Shown here: one piece after another, positions 10,561 to 23,740 of the stretch
How the letters are laid out: each line of letters starts with the position of its first letter
Position numbering within the stretch: position 1 is the stretch's first letter
DNA from: Mobula hypostoma
Lineage: Eukaryota
Assembly (NCBI RefSeq): GCF_963921235.1
Contig: NC_086119.1
Span: 34,100,001 to 34,164,000, forward strand
DNA length: 64,000 nucleotides
Direction: 5' to 3'
Made by a program: the position numbers and the translations under genes
The notes under the pieces: generated by a model
What the model saw: only the letters and a program-made list of their open reading frames with translations
Database searches by the model: none
What the model was told of the DNA's origin: nothing

Positions 10561-13500
10561 GAGGTCAAGCTTGCACTTAAAAGGAGAAGGAGGGGTAAAG
10601 AGGTGGAATGACTGTGGGAGGAAATTCCCAAATTTATGACCTTAGTGACTGAATAAGTGCCCATCAGGACCAGAACTATGGGAGTACAAGAATACAGTAT
10701 TGAGAATATCAGCTATCTTGGAAGGTTACAGAGTGTACTGGGGGTTAAAGAGCCAGAGAGAGGCAAGAATGTGGAGAGACATGAAGGCACAGCTAAAAAG
10801 TTTAAAAATCTATTTGGTACTTAACAGGTCGCTGGTGTAAACTAGCAACCCGTTCCATCCAGATGATTATTCTATGCTGAAAATAACAAAGGCCTATAAA
10901 TGATTCCTATTATATTTAATACATTCATTATTCTAAATGCAAAATATATGAAATAAAATGAGATTTATCAACAGGAAAAGGTAGTCACTGCTTTTGATAC
11001 ACCATGTGAAATCTCTGTGCAGTATAGGGGCTTGAATTCTCAAGTTTCAATGCATAAAAAGCTTTAAAAACATGACTGAACACCTAACTAGAAACACATT
11101 GTCCTTTTTTTTTCATTAATTGTGTAAATCTCAGCCACACTGATTTTAAATGTTTATGCAATTTACTTGAATACTTTGAATTTTGAACTTTTTGAACTTT
11201 GAGTGTTGGGTGTGCTTTTAAAATGTTCATCACAATTCCAGACCAATACTGTACTACTTTTTCATGGATGTTTTGGTCAGTGGTGAAAAAATAGCAAAAT
11301 AAAAAAATATGGACATAATGAAACAAAAAAAATTGTCACGTACTTGCAATTACATAAAGTAAATGTTATGTTGTCAAATAAATAATGAAGGTAGTTTGTA
11401 GTTGTTGTTAAGGCTTACTGCAATTTATTGATGCTTTGTAGGGACAGAAAGCTGATGTTTTCTTGAGCTTTTTTTTGCAAACTGAATATACCAGATTTTA
11501 TTGAACCTGCATAAAATAATAAAGAAGCATCAGAAATAAATCCTGTAAGCTTCAAGCCTTCAGCGTTGTTAAGCAGAATTGCTGATCTTACTGATTTAGA
11601 TAAATCTTGCAGAATTATATTTGTTCTCAAGAAAAAGACTTCAAAGGTTTAACCACCCCTTTGCTAGCTCAGGATCTCTTGCCACATATAGTTTGGGTTC
11701 CACATTATTGACCTACATTAAATATCAAACAATGACACAGGCTATGGTTAAGATTTTTCCGAGCAGTTTTGTCCTGTGATTTACTTGCCTGTTTAAAAAA
11801 ATCATTGTGGCAGAATTATTGTTTACCCATGCATGAGATGTTAGGACAGCTGATGATTTATAGGTTTGCTTGCCTATAAAATCGGGTTTGCTCTTTAATT
11901 TTCTTCATTAGAAGGGGAGGACCAGTGTATGGTCCATTAAGCCCTTCTTGCATTTTTCTGCTCAGTGGATGGAAGGTAATGGATGGTATGAACATCATAG
12001 TTATTGACACTTGGAATATCATATGTCATCATATATTGCGTCAATCCAGAGGGAATAATATGAATCTTGATTACATTTCCATGTGCTCTCCTTGTATATG
12101 TACCCTCTGTTATGAGGGATGATCTATAATATATCTTGTGCTGTGTATATCTCCATTAACTCAATAAACAACTTAATTAAAAAGTCAATTGGATTTACCT
12201 GATAAATATGCTACTATTCTTCCCGGTGCACAGACCTTCCTGCTTCTGGGGATAAATCCTGAACTTACTTCGATAATTGACATCTGTAATCATTACTTGA
12301 AAATATTGATATGTTACAACAGCTTACCATTCTAACTCAAACCGCGGTGAATAATCTGAATTATCTCTTTCTAGGGATAACTAACTTTACAAACAATTAA
12401 ATTTGTGTCAGAAGTGTGCAAATGTATCAAGTGAATCTTTGAAAGCAATGATTCTATTTGCAGTCAAATAGCCATAATTAATGTCCTGCAGAATTCCATA
12501 TTCTGCATTCAAAACAAGAAAGTATCAATAGTTGGCATTTCCCCTACTTTATTAAACGGTTACAATATTTCTTTCAGAACAAAGTTTTTAATCTTTATTT
12601 TTCACTTTACACCATATAACTTTAGTCAATGAGAATTTTCAGTATTATTCTCAGATAAATTCGGAGTTCCATTATCAAAATTTTGAATAATATAAGCAGT
12701 TCTTCACATACACTTTTGTGAATTTAATTTCACAGATAACTTCTCCTTCCTCTTTTATGAAACTGCATACAGTATTTCAACTTTTTGTACCATTGCTCTA
12801 ATGTCTTCTTCCTGTGTAATAAAATTTTGTTTACTAATGTTCCTGAGAAATGCCTTGGGGTGTATTGCTCCATGAAAATCACTATTTAAAGGGAAGGACA
12901 TGTTGTTTGGTGTGGTGTTAATTAATGATAATTATAATCAGATATGATTAGTCTCCACAGCCAAGATATGTTTGCCTCATTTTGTAGATCAGAATCAGTT
13001 AGAATTCTACCTATTTGACCAAGTACAGTACAGGCAAATAATTTATTTTAGGGTGGATGTAAATTTTTTTTTATTTTCTGAGGAAAAAAATGAAAAGTAT
13101 AGTTACTCCATTAAAAAGTCTATTGTCTCTTTTGGATTAGGGGAATATTTAAATATTCACCTCCATCTCTTTTCCTTTTTCTATTCCTCCCTTTTGCACC
13201 CAATTCTACCTCTTTGAATATGGGCAAGAATACTTGCACTTTGGGCATTGAACAGAATCCTATTTGGGTGACTCAGTTGGAAGGGAGTTTCTCAGTTTAA
13301 TCACAAAAACTAGAGCAGTTCTCATTAACATAAGATGTCATTGGCAGTTGGTTTGCTTTTCAAACAAAGCAATCTAATCTCAGGTAATTTAAAAAATTCA
13401 GCTGATATGTAACACTTATTGCTTTTGCTCTGTGCTTATGATTGCTCTGAAAATCTCTCTGCTGAGTTCTTTATTATTTTGCTTTATTCAATTATATAAT

Positions 13501-13920
13501 GTGTGCTTGAATGTACATCTTCCACTTTAATATGTTTTATGAAAGGAAAATGCACAGTGCTCATCAATTTCACACCTAAAATCACCCAACTGAGGATAGG
13601 GGAAAATGCCTGATGAAGTTCTGGTCCATCTTGCCCAATAATGTTGCTGAAAGTTATTAGTTTGTGGCAGCTCTAGGATATGCTTCACTGGCACTTTGGG
13701 AATGGGTTAGTTTTAATCACTATTCTGATTAGCGTTCATTAATATTGGTGCATTTGCAACCAACCCAAGTTTGTTTGTTTCCTCCGTCAAATTCCAGTAC
13801 ACTCTCGCTGGAGGTGAGAGGAAGGAAAACATAGCCAGGTTGATTCACTAATTCTTCTAAAAAAAAATCCTACCTTTCACCAGTTTTCCTAATACATATT
13901 TTGTCTCTGCTTTGTTTCAG

Positions 13921-13950
13921 TGTGACAGTGAAAGCGACCCAGATGAGAAG
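13921..13950 (+). CDS. FBRSL1: 30-nt phase 0-0 coding exon (CDSESDPDEK) of an AUTS2-family gene; FBRSL1 best guess, AUTS2 or FBRS not excluded
   Basis: Strong acceptor ttttgtctctgctttgtttcag and donor AAG|gtaaga around an open frame, in unique sequence. The peptide resembles the 10-aa exon of human FBRSL1 (CDSESGPDDK) and AUTS2 (CDSDSDQEEK) as recalled from memory; needs BLAST confirmation. Confidence 0.7.
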
Positions 13951-14641
13951 GTAAGATTACATTTACCCGGAATCAAACAGCATTTACAATTATGCAGATA
14001 TTTTCTTTAGTTTGAGAAGTTATAAATGGAATCTATTCATATGGAAGTTCGATATATATTAAAACAAGTCGTGATTATTTTTTCTGTGAGTTTTGAGAAA
14101 ATTGTTAATTATTTGACAAAGAATCAACAGATCATCTGCACAATCTTGGCTTCTTGCGCAAATTTATAGAAAGAAAATGTAGCGTATGGAATTGATTGGT
14201 TGTTGTCTGGCATCTTCAATAAAGTGGTAGTTGTGCTGTTTGTCATTGACTGTGGATCTTTGATGGGAATGTGGCAACATTTCTGGATCATATCATTCAA
14301 TACACATGATTTGCTTGTGATGTTATTCTGCTGGGTTCAGCTTATTGTACCTAGGCCAGTATAAGTGAAGTATTAGAGAAATAAAAGAAATATCACGTTT
14401 TGAAAATAAATCAATCAATGAGCTATGGGATTTCAGCCTGGGGTAGTACTTCACAAAGTAATCGCAATTAATACTTGAAACCAAGCAAGTTGAAAATTGA
14501 TTATACTTATCACGTTACTCACAATCAATTTGAATTGGAAATGCTTTGGGATTGTAAGATTCTGTTCATTTAATAGTGATAATTGCATCTTCTACAGCTC
14601 TCTGTGTGAGTTTGGGGACTATTGTATATGCTGATTTGATG

Positions 14642-15213
14642 CCTCCTCTACTGTACACACATTTTAATTCCACATCCCATTCCCATTCTGACATGTCTAT
14701 CCACAGCCTCCTCTACTGTAAAGATGAAGCCACACTCAGGTTGGAGGAACAACACCTTATATTCCGTCTGGGTAGCCTCCAACCTGATGGCATGAACATC
14801 GACTTCTCTAACTTCCGCTAATGCCCCACCTCCCCCTCGTACCCCATCCGTTATTTATTTTTATGCACACATTCTTTCTCTTTCTCTCCTTTTTCTCCCT
14901 CTGTCCCTCTGAATATACCTCTTGCCCATCCTCTGGGTCCCCCCCACCTTCCTTGTCTTTCTTCCCGGACCTCCTGTCCCATGATCCTCTCGTATCCCTT
15001 TTGCCTATCACCTGTTCAGCTCTCGGCTCTATCCCTCCCCCTCCTGTCTTCTCCTATCATTTTGGATCTCCCCCTCCCCCTCCAACTTTCAAATCCCTTA
15101 CTCATTCTTCCTTCAGTTAGTCCTGACGAAGGGTCTCGGCCTGAAACGTCGACTGCACCTCTTCCTACAGATGCTGCCTGGCCTGCTGCGTTCACCAGCA
15201 ACTTTGATGTGTG
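14642..15213 (+). mobile_element. Penelope-like 3' fragment with 14-bp TSD
   Basis: Encodes HFNSTSHSHSDMSIH...GMNIDFSNFR*. Flanked by atgctgatttgatg at 14628-14641 and 15214-15227. Confidence 0.93.
15118..15155 (+). ncRNA. Minimal type I hammerhead ribozyme, core intact
   Basis: tagtc CTGACGA a gggt ctcg gcct GAAAC GTC gactg. Confidence 0.8.
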
Positions 15214-16547
15214 ATGCTGATTTGATGTCATTTCTGTTGTGAAAGGCCACAGGCCGAGATACATTGAGATTACCTCGCCTTGTCTTCTTCATTAGTGGCT
15301 CTGGGAAAAGCAGCGATGACCAGCATGAAGTTTGCTTGATGAGAATATCCAATTAAATGAATTCTTTCCACCCTACTGTCACACTGTGGATTTTCAGATG
15401 AAATCCACTTGACTTTTCTCAGCCTATTGTTCTCTGTCTTAATACATACAGTTAATCTTGATTTTGGATATAACCAAGTTGTAATATTATAGGTGTCTGT
15501 CTAGCATTTTAATAATTAATCACTTTACTCAATAGCCTATGCTTAAAGACCTGGATCTGAATTGGACTTCTTTCTACCAGTTTGGAGGCAAGCTTGAATC
15601 CCCAGCGCTTGAGAAAACTTGTTTGCATCTAATTACAAGAGATGTTCTCTGAAATAAGAACTCAGCAATGAGAGCTTACAGATGTCCCCTGAATGCTTCA
15701 ATTAATCATAGTGAGTAAGAACTAGATTAGTCTGCAGGATGACAATCCAAAGCAGAGTTTGAGGTGCATAAGAAACATGAAAGGTGCACCCTAAATTGTT
15801 AATTCAGTTTTCATATGACACAGCATTATCAGAAGCCTGAAAAATATGAATTAGATATTTTCCAAGGTTCGTGTAACCTGGGAATTAATGAGTCCCATAA
15901 GTACCAGGTCAGGGTCTCGCTGGTAAAATTCTGATCTGAAGATAAAGCTAATTGCCTCAAGCACTGAAGCATTAATTTTAAGCTTTACCTTATTGTAGAA
16001 TCATTCCCCCTTTCTGAGAATGAATTATGTATAATACCATTTTATGCCTTAGAACTGTCACACGGTAACAGGTGACTAAAATTAATATTTGATCCCTCCC
16101 CCAATGGCTCAATTAGTAGGAGCTGCTATGTGTGAAGCCAAGCTATATGCATCACGAACTCTTGGGTTTGTTTCATCATTAGTGCCAAGTTAGCCATTCC
16201 TTGTGGGCCTGGCTATAGAGGAGCTACAGGCAAACCCAAGCCCTAGAGATGGGAGAAAAGAATAATCATTTGCATCCCCATTTCTAATTATCTGCTGGTT
16301 ATTTCTGCTGCAAAGTGAGGAATCTTATCCTGAATCTTCCTGCCTATTGTCTAGCATTGTCATCCTTGTTTTCGCAAGGCCCTAATGTAGAAAGCCATCT
16401 CAAATTCCCAGAGCATATTTGAATGATGGTTGGACCCAGCATCAATGGACTTAGCCAGCCCCAACCCTTAAATGCCTTTGGAAGCTTTAGCAGGTGGCAA
16501 AGTCACTCCAATGTTGCAGACTATAAAAGCTGTGAGAGCATTGAATA

Positions 16548-16820
16548 TTTATTGATTGATTGAGATACAGTGCGGAATAGGCCCTTCCGGCCCTTCAAGC
16601 CGTGCGTGCTGCCCAGCAACCCCCCCGATTTAACCCTAGCCCAATCACAGGACAATTTACAATGCCAATTAACCTACCAACCGGTATGCCTTTGGACTCT
16701 GGGAGGACACTGGAGCTCCCAGAGGAAACCCAGGAGGTCGCGGGGAGGATGTATAAACTCCTTACAGGCAGTGGCAAGAATAGAACCCGGGTCTCTGGTA
16801 CTGTAAACCGTTGTGCTATA
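16548..16820 (-). mobile_element. HE1-type (V-SINE) tRNA-derived SINE
   Basis: Minus strand has B-box-like ccgggttctattc, V-domain tgggtttcctctgggagctccagtgtcctccca and a (tcaa)n tail. Confidence 0.85.
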
Positions 16821-17054
16821 CTTTTATATAACATTAACATTCACAAAAATTAAAAAATATATTTAAGAACCATTTAGAATTATTTCAGTTAAAATTACAG
16901 ACAAAATAACTGCAAAGCCAAAAGACCTAAAACTGATTAAAAACACCAAAATGACACTTGGTGTAAAAGGACAATTGATTTATCACTTGCTTTATAAGCT
17001 CCTTAACCACACTTGAAATAATTTTGTGGTCTCATATCAAGTGCCAAGTAGAAC

Positions 17055-17297
17055 CAGCGCAACGATTCAATGAACCAGCGACTCAGTTCATTTCCTCCTG
17101 CTGCCATCAGTGAGGAGTTTGCACGTTCTCCCCTTTACTGCATGGGTTTCCTCCGGGTGCTCCAGTTTCCTCCCGTACCGGTTGGTAGGTTAATTGGTCA
17201 TAGTAAGTTATCCCGTAATTAGGCTCAGATTAAGTCAGAGGTTGCTGGGCGGTGTGGCTTGAAGGGCTGGGAGAATCTCAATAAAGTGAAAAATAAA
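17055..17297 (+). mobile_element. HE1-type SINE
   Basis: gagtttgcacgttctccc...tgggtttcctccgggtgctccagtttcctccc (V-domain). Oriented opposite to the 16548-16820 copy. Confidence 0.8.
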
Positions 17298-20200
17298 ACT
17301 AAAATATCCATTGGTCTTTTCCAAGTGTTAAGTTTGGCACAAAATCTAACTTGAACTTGTGGAGTTCAAGGCATGAGCTCTCTCAGTGCTGTGAATTTGT
17401 CAGTAAATTTTCAATTTCAGCATTTGACAAATGTGTGCATTAGACGTCCTGGACTTGATTGCAAGAAATGGGCAAATGCCCATGATCTGCTTCGGAATCA
17501 ATAGCATTTATCTGTGAGTCTACAAAGCCTTTGAGAAATTTTGACAATAACTAACAAGCTTGCTGCACTCAGTCTTAACTTACACATAAATAGCCACGAG
17601 ATGAGAATACAAGGGCAGACTGTGTCTGTGGGTCTATGCCCAAGCCTCAGTCAAAGTTTTAGCATGTAAAAGAACTATGTCATCAAGCAGAATTAGGAGC
17701 TTAATGTTTACCTTGGAGTACTGGTATTGTAAAGTCATAGAGCATAGAAATTAAGTCATTTGGCCCACTACATCCATGTCAATGGTCTATATTTGTCCCA
17801 TTAACCTGCATTAGTTCTCCCCCATTTTATACTGAATTGTAGTTGCCCATATCTGTTCTCATTATCAAACAGACCCTATCTTCAAAGGTCCGTACTGCAT
17901 ATTAATTCTCATACATCAGAAAGCATCCTCTTACCTACTGAGCATTCACAAATGAGGATTAGATTGAGAACATTTTCAGTGTTTGTGCCATGAGCTGGTT
18001 CAATATGTTGACACAATGTTCATTAAATAATAGTTTTGAAAAGAATTTGCCACAAGAAATTTAACAAGTCAAGGAACGTCTGGGATATTGTGTCCAGGAA
18101 ACTCTGGAATGCAAAACTTGCTGTGGGCGGCAATGTCACTGATCAGCAATGGATGGAATATGGCTTGGAGTATTAAGGATGGGAGGGCTTACAATAGGGT
18201 GCAGTATTCTGAACATAATTGTTTCAACATAGACTGACCAAGAATATCTGAGAAAAGGAATGGACTGACAAGAAATGTGCTGGATTCCATGTGGACTATC
18301 TAGGAATTTGTGGGATGCAATGTAGTCTCCCAGCCATGTAAAGGATACGATATGCATTCAGCAGGAATGCACAGGACACATCAGGGGCAGCAAGGAATCT
18401 GCTCTTGAAGGATGAGTTGGTGAAAAATGTAAGCAGCATCCAGCAAGGAAAGTGAATTATCAATGGAAAACTGTCAGTTAAAATAGCTTTAGAATGCATG
18501 AGGATTGAAAAGTAATTCTTGGAATGCATGAGGCAGCCAGAAATCTGTTTAATTTTGCAAGGACCAAACAGAAAAACAGAGAATGCAGCAGCAGATTGCC
18601 TGTAAAATGTACCAGAATTTAGTTGAGACTCTAATTAATTCATTGGCACAAGTGTTGATAATATTGAATAGTGTATATGTTTGAACTTATGCTTTCAGCA
18701 CCGAACGTCATTTACCAGAACACATAAGGGAAATATTGTCATGGAAGTTCATTGCAGACAGTTGGTTAGCCTCCAGGATTTTTCCAGGAATGTTAGATTA
18801 ATCTCCTTGGACACTGCTACAAGCAATTCAGGAGAAACGTCAGAGAAACATTCAGAACATTGTCTATTTCTCTGTTATTTTTGTGCACTTTGTTGTACTT
18901 ATAAAATCTGTTGCAGATGTGTGAATGGAATTGACTCACATGGAGGGTGGGTGGGGAGAGGAGAAGGTTTAAGTGATTAAATCTGCAGTCGTTCATCCAT
19001 TCAGGGCTGGCAACCCACCCTGCATTAACTTCACTTTAATAGGTGGAAATTCCTGCATGGCACACCAACTCAGACAGAGTGGATTTATAAAATCTCTCCT
19101 CTAAGATCAGCTGGCAGCTAGTTTTATAGAATAGCAAAGGAGAAACTAAGTCCTGTCATACTATGGCTGGAGATATGTCAACCGTCCACCTTTCATGTAG
19201 GCAGTCAGCACCTTTCAGTGGCACTGACAGCATACGGCACATCGATCTACGGAATCCATTATCTACCATTGGTTTGAGGTGCAGCTTATAAGTCCCAGAC
19301 TGCTCAGTGGTATACATACTCATAATAACTCCTACAATAGTTAAAGCCTCTCCCCTCTATCAAATGCTCAAACTCCCCTTTATTCCCCCTTCCCTCCCAT
19401 CTTTATCTCCCGATCCTCCCAACCCGACCCTCTCTCTCCCCCTCCCTCCCTCCATCCATCTCCTACCTGTACTCACTACCGTCCTGTAAACATCACAGCC
19501 AAGAAAGCTCCTAACACCTGTAAAGAGAAATTGCAGATAGCTTGACAGAAAGGAGTTTTCTTTCTAGGTGAATTTTGAGCAAAGTGTTCTCTAACTTTGT
19601 ACAATGAACCTCTTTAATTGCAGTTAGCATTTCAAACGTGATCCATCTAGCCTATATCAGCAGATGAAGACCCCTGAAAAGTCAAAGTACTTAAATTTCA
19701 GTGAGGTTACCCATGATCTGACACGTCTCATCTGCCTTCCACTTGCGGATGTGTTCAGGAACAACTCCCTGTCCATCATCAATCTCCTTTCTGCTCAGTG
19801 TACAGCAGAAATTACACGCTGGTACACAGCAACAGCAGATGGGAGTCAATAGAGGAAATCAGTAAAAAGCTAACAGTATGAGCTGGGAATTTAGGTGATA
19901 ATTGCGAAGAGTACCAGTGTAAACTGAATGGGAAAGAATGTTTTCAAGAACTGAGATACAAGCATCACAAACATAAGACTGTAACAAGACAACCACAGGA
20001 TTTTGTGCACATAATAATCATTGGGGGTTGTCAATAACAGTCAGCAAAGCTCATCAATACTGTGACCAATGACCAATCATGACCCATGAGCATTGTCAAC
20101 ACATTGATCACTGGGCATTGTCAATTATGGTCAACAGACATGGTCAGCACAGTAGTCAGCAGGCCTTGTCAATGGCCACCGTAAGTAAGACTGGTTTCAA

Positions 20201-20694
20201 GGATTTTTTTTTAGTGATGACTGGACGTGGAACACTCTACAGCCTGAGTTAATGAATATGACTTCAAGATAAATTCAAGGCCACCTAAATCTTTGGCAGA
20301 AATGTGGCATTTCCTCAGCATTTGTTGTATAAGTGGCAGAGTTAAAGTGATCTATTTTGCCACATTTTTCTTGCAATTGCTCGCCCATCCTAAATTGACA
20401 GAACAGCTGCATCGATGCCTTTCTGCTGTCTTAAACTTAGGTGGATGTGTTATTTTAAATGTTGTAATTGGTGCATTTGTAACATTTGTACCATTTTGGA
20501 ATAGTGAACCAACTTTATTCTAAGTTTAAAACTTTAAGCGCCGATTGTTTGAATCGGGGAGTAATATCTACTGTAAGCCCTGTAATCTTAGGAACAGGAA
20601 TAGCAGTAAGCTATTACTAGCTTTGCAATAATTTTAGTTGCAAAACTTTTGTTCCTTACCTGTAGCTTTGCTGCAAAACACTTGAGTAGAAGCA

Positions 20695-21275
20695 AGGATA
20701 TATCAATAAAAGCAAGGATGTAATGTTTTTAAACACTGGAAATGCCTCATTTGGAATATTGTGAGCAGTTTTGGGTCCCTTATCTAAGAAAAGATGTGCT
20801 GACATTGGAGGGGGTTCAAAGGAGGTTTACAGAACTTATTCCAGGATTGAAAGGCTTGTCCTATGAAGAGCGTTTGATGGCTCTGGGCCTCTACTCACTG
20901 GAATTCAGAAGAATGAGGGGGATCTCATTGAAACCTATTGAATGTGGAAAGATTTTGATAGAGTGGGTGTGGAGAGGATTTTTTTTTATGGTGGGGGAAT
21001 CTAAGACCAGAGGACACAGCCTCAGAATAGAGGAGCATCCTTTCAGAATGGAGATGAGGAACTTCTTTCTTCAGAGAGTGCTGAATATGTAGAATTTGTT
21101 GCCGCAGGTGGCTGTGGAGGCCCAGTCTTTATGTACATTAAAGGCAGAGTTTGATAGATACTGGAGTAGTCAGGGAATGAAAGGATACACAGAGAAGGCC
21201 GGAGATCAGGGCCGAGGGGGAAAATGGATCAGCTATGATGAAATGGCAAAGCAGCCTCAATGAGCTAAATGGAAT
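20695..21275 (+). mobile_element. CR1 LINE 3' fragment
   Basis: PHLEYCEQFWVPYLRKDVLTLEGVQRRFT...TRGHSLRI. Confidence 0.9.
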
Positions 21276-21713
21276 GGAATAATTATGAGATTTAAGACAA
21301 CTGCGCCACTCCACAGAGCACTATAAGAGGTCATTCTGGCCCTCGGCCTTCAGGCTGTATAATGAGTCAACCTATAGCCAGGGAAATGATGACCTCCTCC
21401 TGTGAGACTGTTTGAGGTAACTTATTTTTTATTCTTTCTTTCTTCTCTTCTAATATTTGTATATCTGTGCACTTGTAATGCTAATGTGACACTGTAATTT
21501 CCTTTGGGATCAATAAAATATCTACCTTTCTTCTGGTCTAAGTGAAAGACTGTGAATTTTTTGACCGTGAAGACCAATGGAGGAAGAAGGAAGATGGCAT
21601 CAAAGGGATGCCTACTGAGAGATGATGGCATTAAAGGGATGCCCACTGACGGGTGTGGTGGTAATGAAATGATGACACAAGAGCGACTGTGGATGCTGCA
21701 AATATGGGTAAAC

Positions 21714-21890
21714 ATATGCAAAATGCTGGAGGAACTCAGCAAGTCAGGCAGCATCTGTAGTGGAAAATGAACAGTCAATGATTCAGGCCAAGAGAGGTCT
21801 GAAGGGACTTGGCCTGAAACATTGACTATTCATTATCCTCCATAGATACTGCCTGTCTTGCTGACTCCATCCAGCATTTTGTGTGTGTTG
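21714..21890. mobile_element. Old fold-back mini-Penelope (decayed)
   Basis: caaaatgctggaggaactcagcaagtcaggcagcatct ... agatactgcctgtcttgctgactccatccagcattttg form diverged inverted arms, centred on a decayed hammerhead. Confidence 0.75.
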
Positions 21891-23159
21891 GTGGTATAAT
21901 GGTGGTGAGATGGCATTGGAATATGAGCGGGGCTCTGGGGGTGTTGGTAATGGAACAACGGTGTTGTTACGGAAAGGTGAATTTCCAGTGGGAAGAGAAC
22001 AATGAAGAGTTGATATTGCTGTAAACAGCAATGTTGTTGTGGTGGCATTGGAGGTGTTATGAAGCCTTGGTTGGGGGTAGATGGTCATGGAACTAAGGTG
22101 TTAGCAGTGGAACAATTTTTGTTGTATTAGTGAAGGGTGAAGATTCTGGTCGTTACTCTGTCTAATTTTAAATAGTGTTGGTGCTCGGGTAGTACAGGGC
22201 AACATTGCATCTGAAGATTTCCCCTGCTACTCTTTGATTCCATTCATCAATCTCAATCCTCATTCTTTGCACACAGTCATAGAAGCCTCGAAATTAAAGG
22301 AAGATTCAGCCCATTTTTCCTGTGGTAGCACTCACTCTTCCTCTGGAGCAATCCATTTTAACCCTCTTTCCATACGCTCTCCCAGTTAATCTCTTTTCAA
22401 ATATAAATATCTAATTCCTCCTGAAATGTTACTGTGACCACATCAGGTAAAATATTTATCAGGAATATATGAAAACAATATATGTGAAAACTGGGCTTCT
22501 TCCTGCTAAAAACCATTTCTCCTTGCAGCAAATTCATTGGATGATAGAAGCAATCTATCATCATTTATGTTCTCAGAATATTTGAAAGTTTTGAAAACCA
22601 CGTGTAGATTACCCCTGGACCTTCTCTTTTCCAACAACCTATGCAAGACCACGGCAGTGGATGTGGAGACCATGGTAGTCACTGCTGAATGATATCATGT
22701 TGGTCAGTATCATGATTGGTTCCTATTCACATTGGATGCTTCTTCTTAGGCTTATCGCCACATGACATAGAGGGTAGGTTCGAAGTCATACCTTCATTAA
22801 AGTAGGACAGCAAGGAAACAGAGTTACTGAGTTTACAATTGCAAAGATCTTCTACATCTGCTACTGCATGGTTTTGGTTGCAGATGGTGGCTATAACACT
22901 AAAATTATACAAAGAAGATCCCTGCTGTCACGATGCAGAGTGTTAGTAGGACCCACTGTGAAGGGCCTTTATGCAATTGAGGTGAGTAAGTTAGCCAAGT
23001 TATCCTTTTGTACTGGGCTTATAAATGACTAAGGCCAATAAAAAACTAAAAATATTGGAAAAGCTCAGCTGGTCACGCAATCTTTGCAGAAAATGAAACA
23101 GCTACTGTTTCAAGTTGAAGACTCTTCATCAGAACTGTCCGATGACATATTGACTGTTT

Positions 23160-23740
23160 CAGACATCCCACCTCTCCCGGAAGTCCCGGGGGTCTCCCGC
23201 AGATTAATAATGGCTCCCTGATGCCCGCAAATTATATACAATATCATGGAAATCAATTTTTTTGAGAGCGAGCGAGCGAAAGAGAGAAAGCGCGAGAGCA
23301 AGAGCAAGCAAGCGAGAGCGCACAAGCGAGAGAGAAAGCAAGTGAGAGAGCAAGAGCGACCACGAGAGAGAGAGTGCACCCGCCTGCCATGGCAGTGTTT
23401 CAAAAAAAGAAAATATAAAACGTATGTCACCCCAAACTACACTAAAGTGTACCCCTGCCTAATAGGGGTCAAAAATAATGACAGTGTTGCTCGCTGCACT
23501 GTTTGCAACAGTGACTTTTCTATTGCCCATGGTGGGTTAAGACTGTAAAAGACATGTTGAGGTGAGTTTAACAGGTGTCATTCGTTCATTAGCATAGCTA
23601 ACGTTATTTAAAACTAGCTGGCTCGCTGCTAAAGAGCTACTCTATTGCAGACATCCCACCTCCCCCGGAAGTTCCGGGAGTCTCCTGCAAATTGATGGTG
23701 CTACCTCCCTGAAATGAGTTTTTGCGGGGTGGGATGTCTG
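23160..23740 (+). mobile_element. Non-autonomous hAT-like DNA transposon with 6-bp TSD, nested in an old fold-back PLE remnant (~23050-23826)
   Basis: TIRs cagacatcccacc / ggtgggatgtctg. TSD ctgttt at 23154-23159 and 23741-23746. BED-finger remnant CTVCNSDFSIAHGG. Confidence 0.8.

Larger units (their letters stand above)
8385..10566 (-). mobile_element. 5'-truncated Penelope-like retroelement (Neptune-type)
   Basis: RT and GIY-YIG coding region followed by a 3' UTR with a hammerhead at 8443-8480 (core CTGACAA, G8>A). Spans the N gap. Confidence 0.93.

Noticed and set aside
20025-20178. Possible CRISPR-like array
   Set aside because: Vertebrate context; motifs are only 4-5 nt, with no constant repeat or unique spacers.
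22885-22981. Possible plus-strand exon ending at GAG|gtgagt
   Set aside because: Weak G-rich acceptor, in-frame stop and no family similarity.
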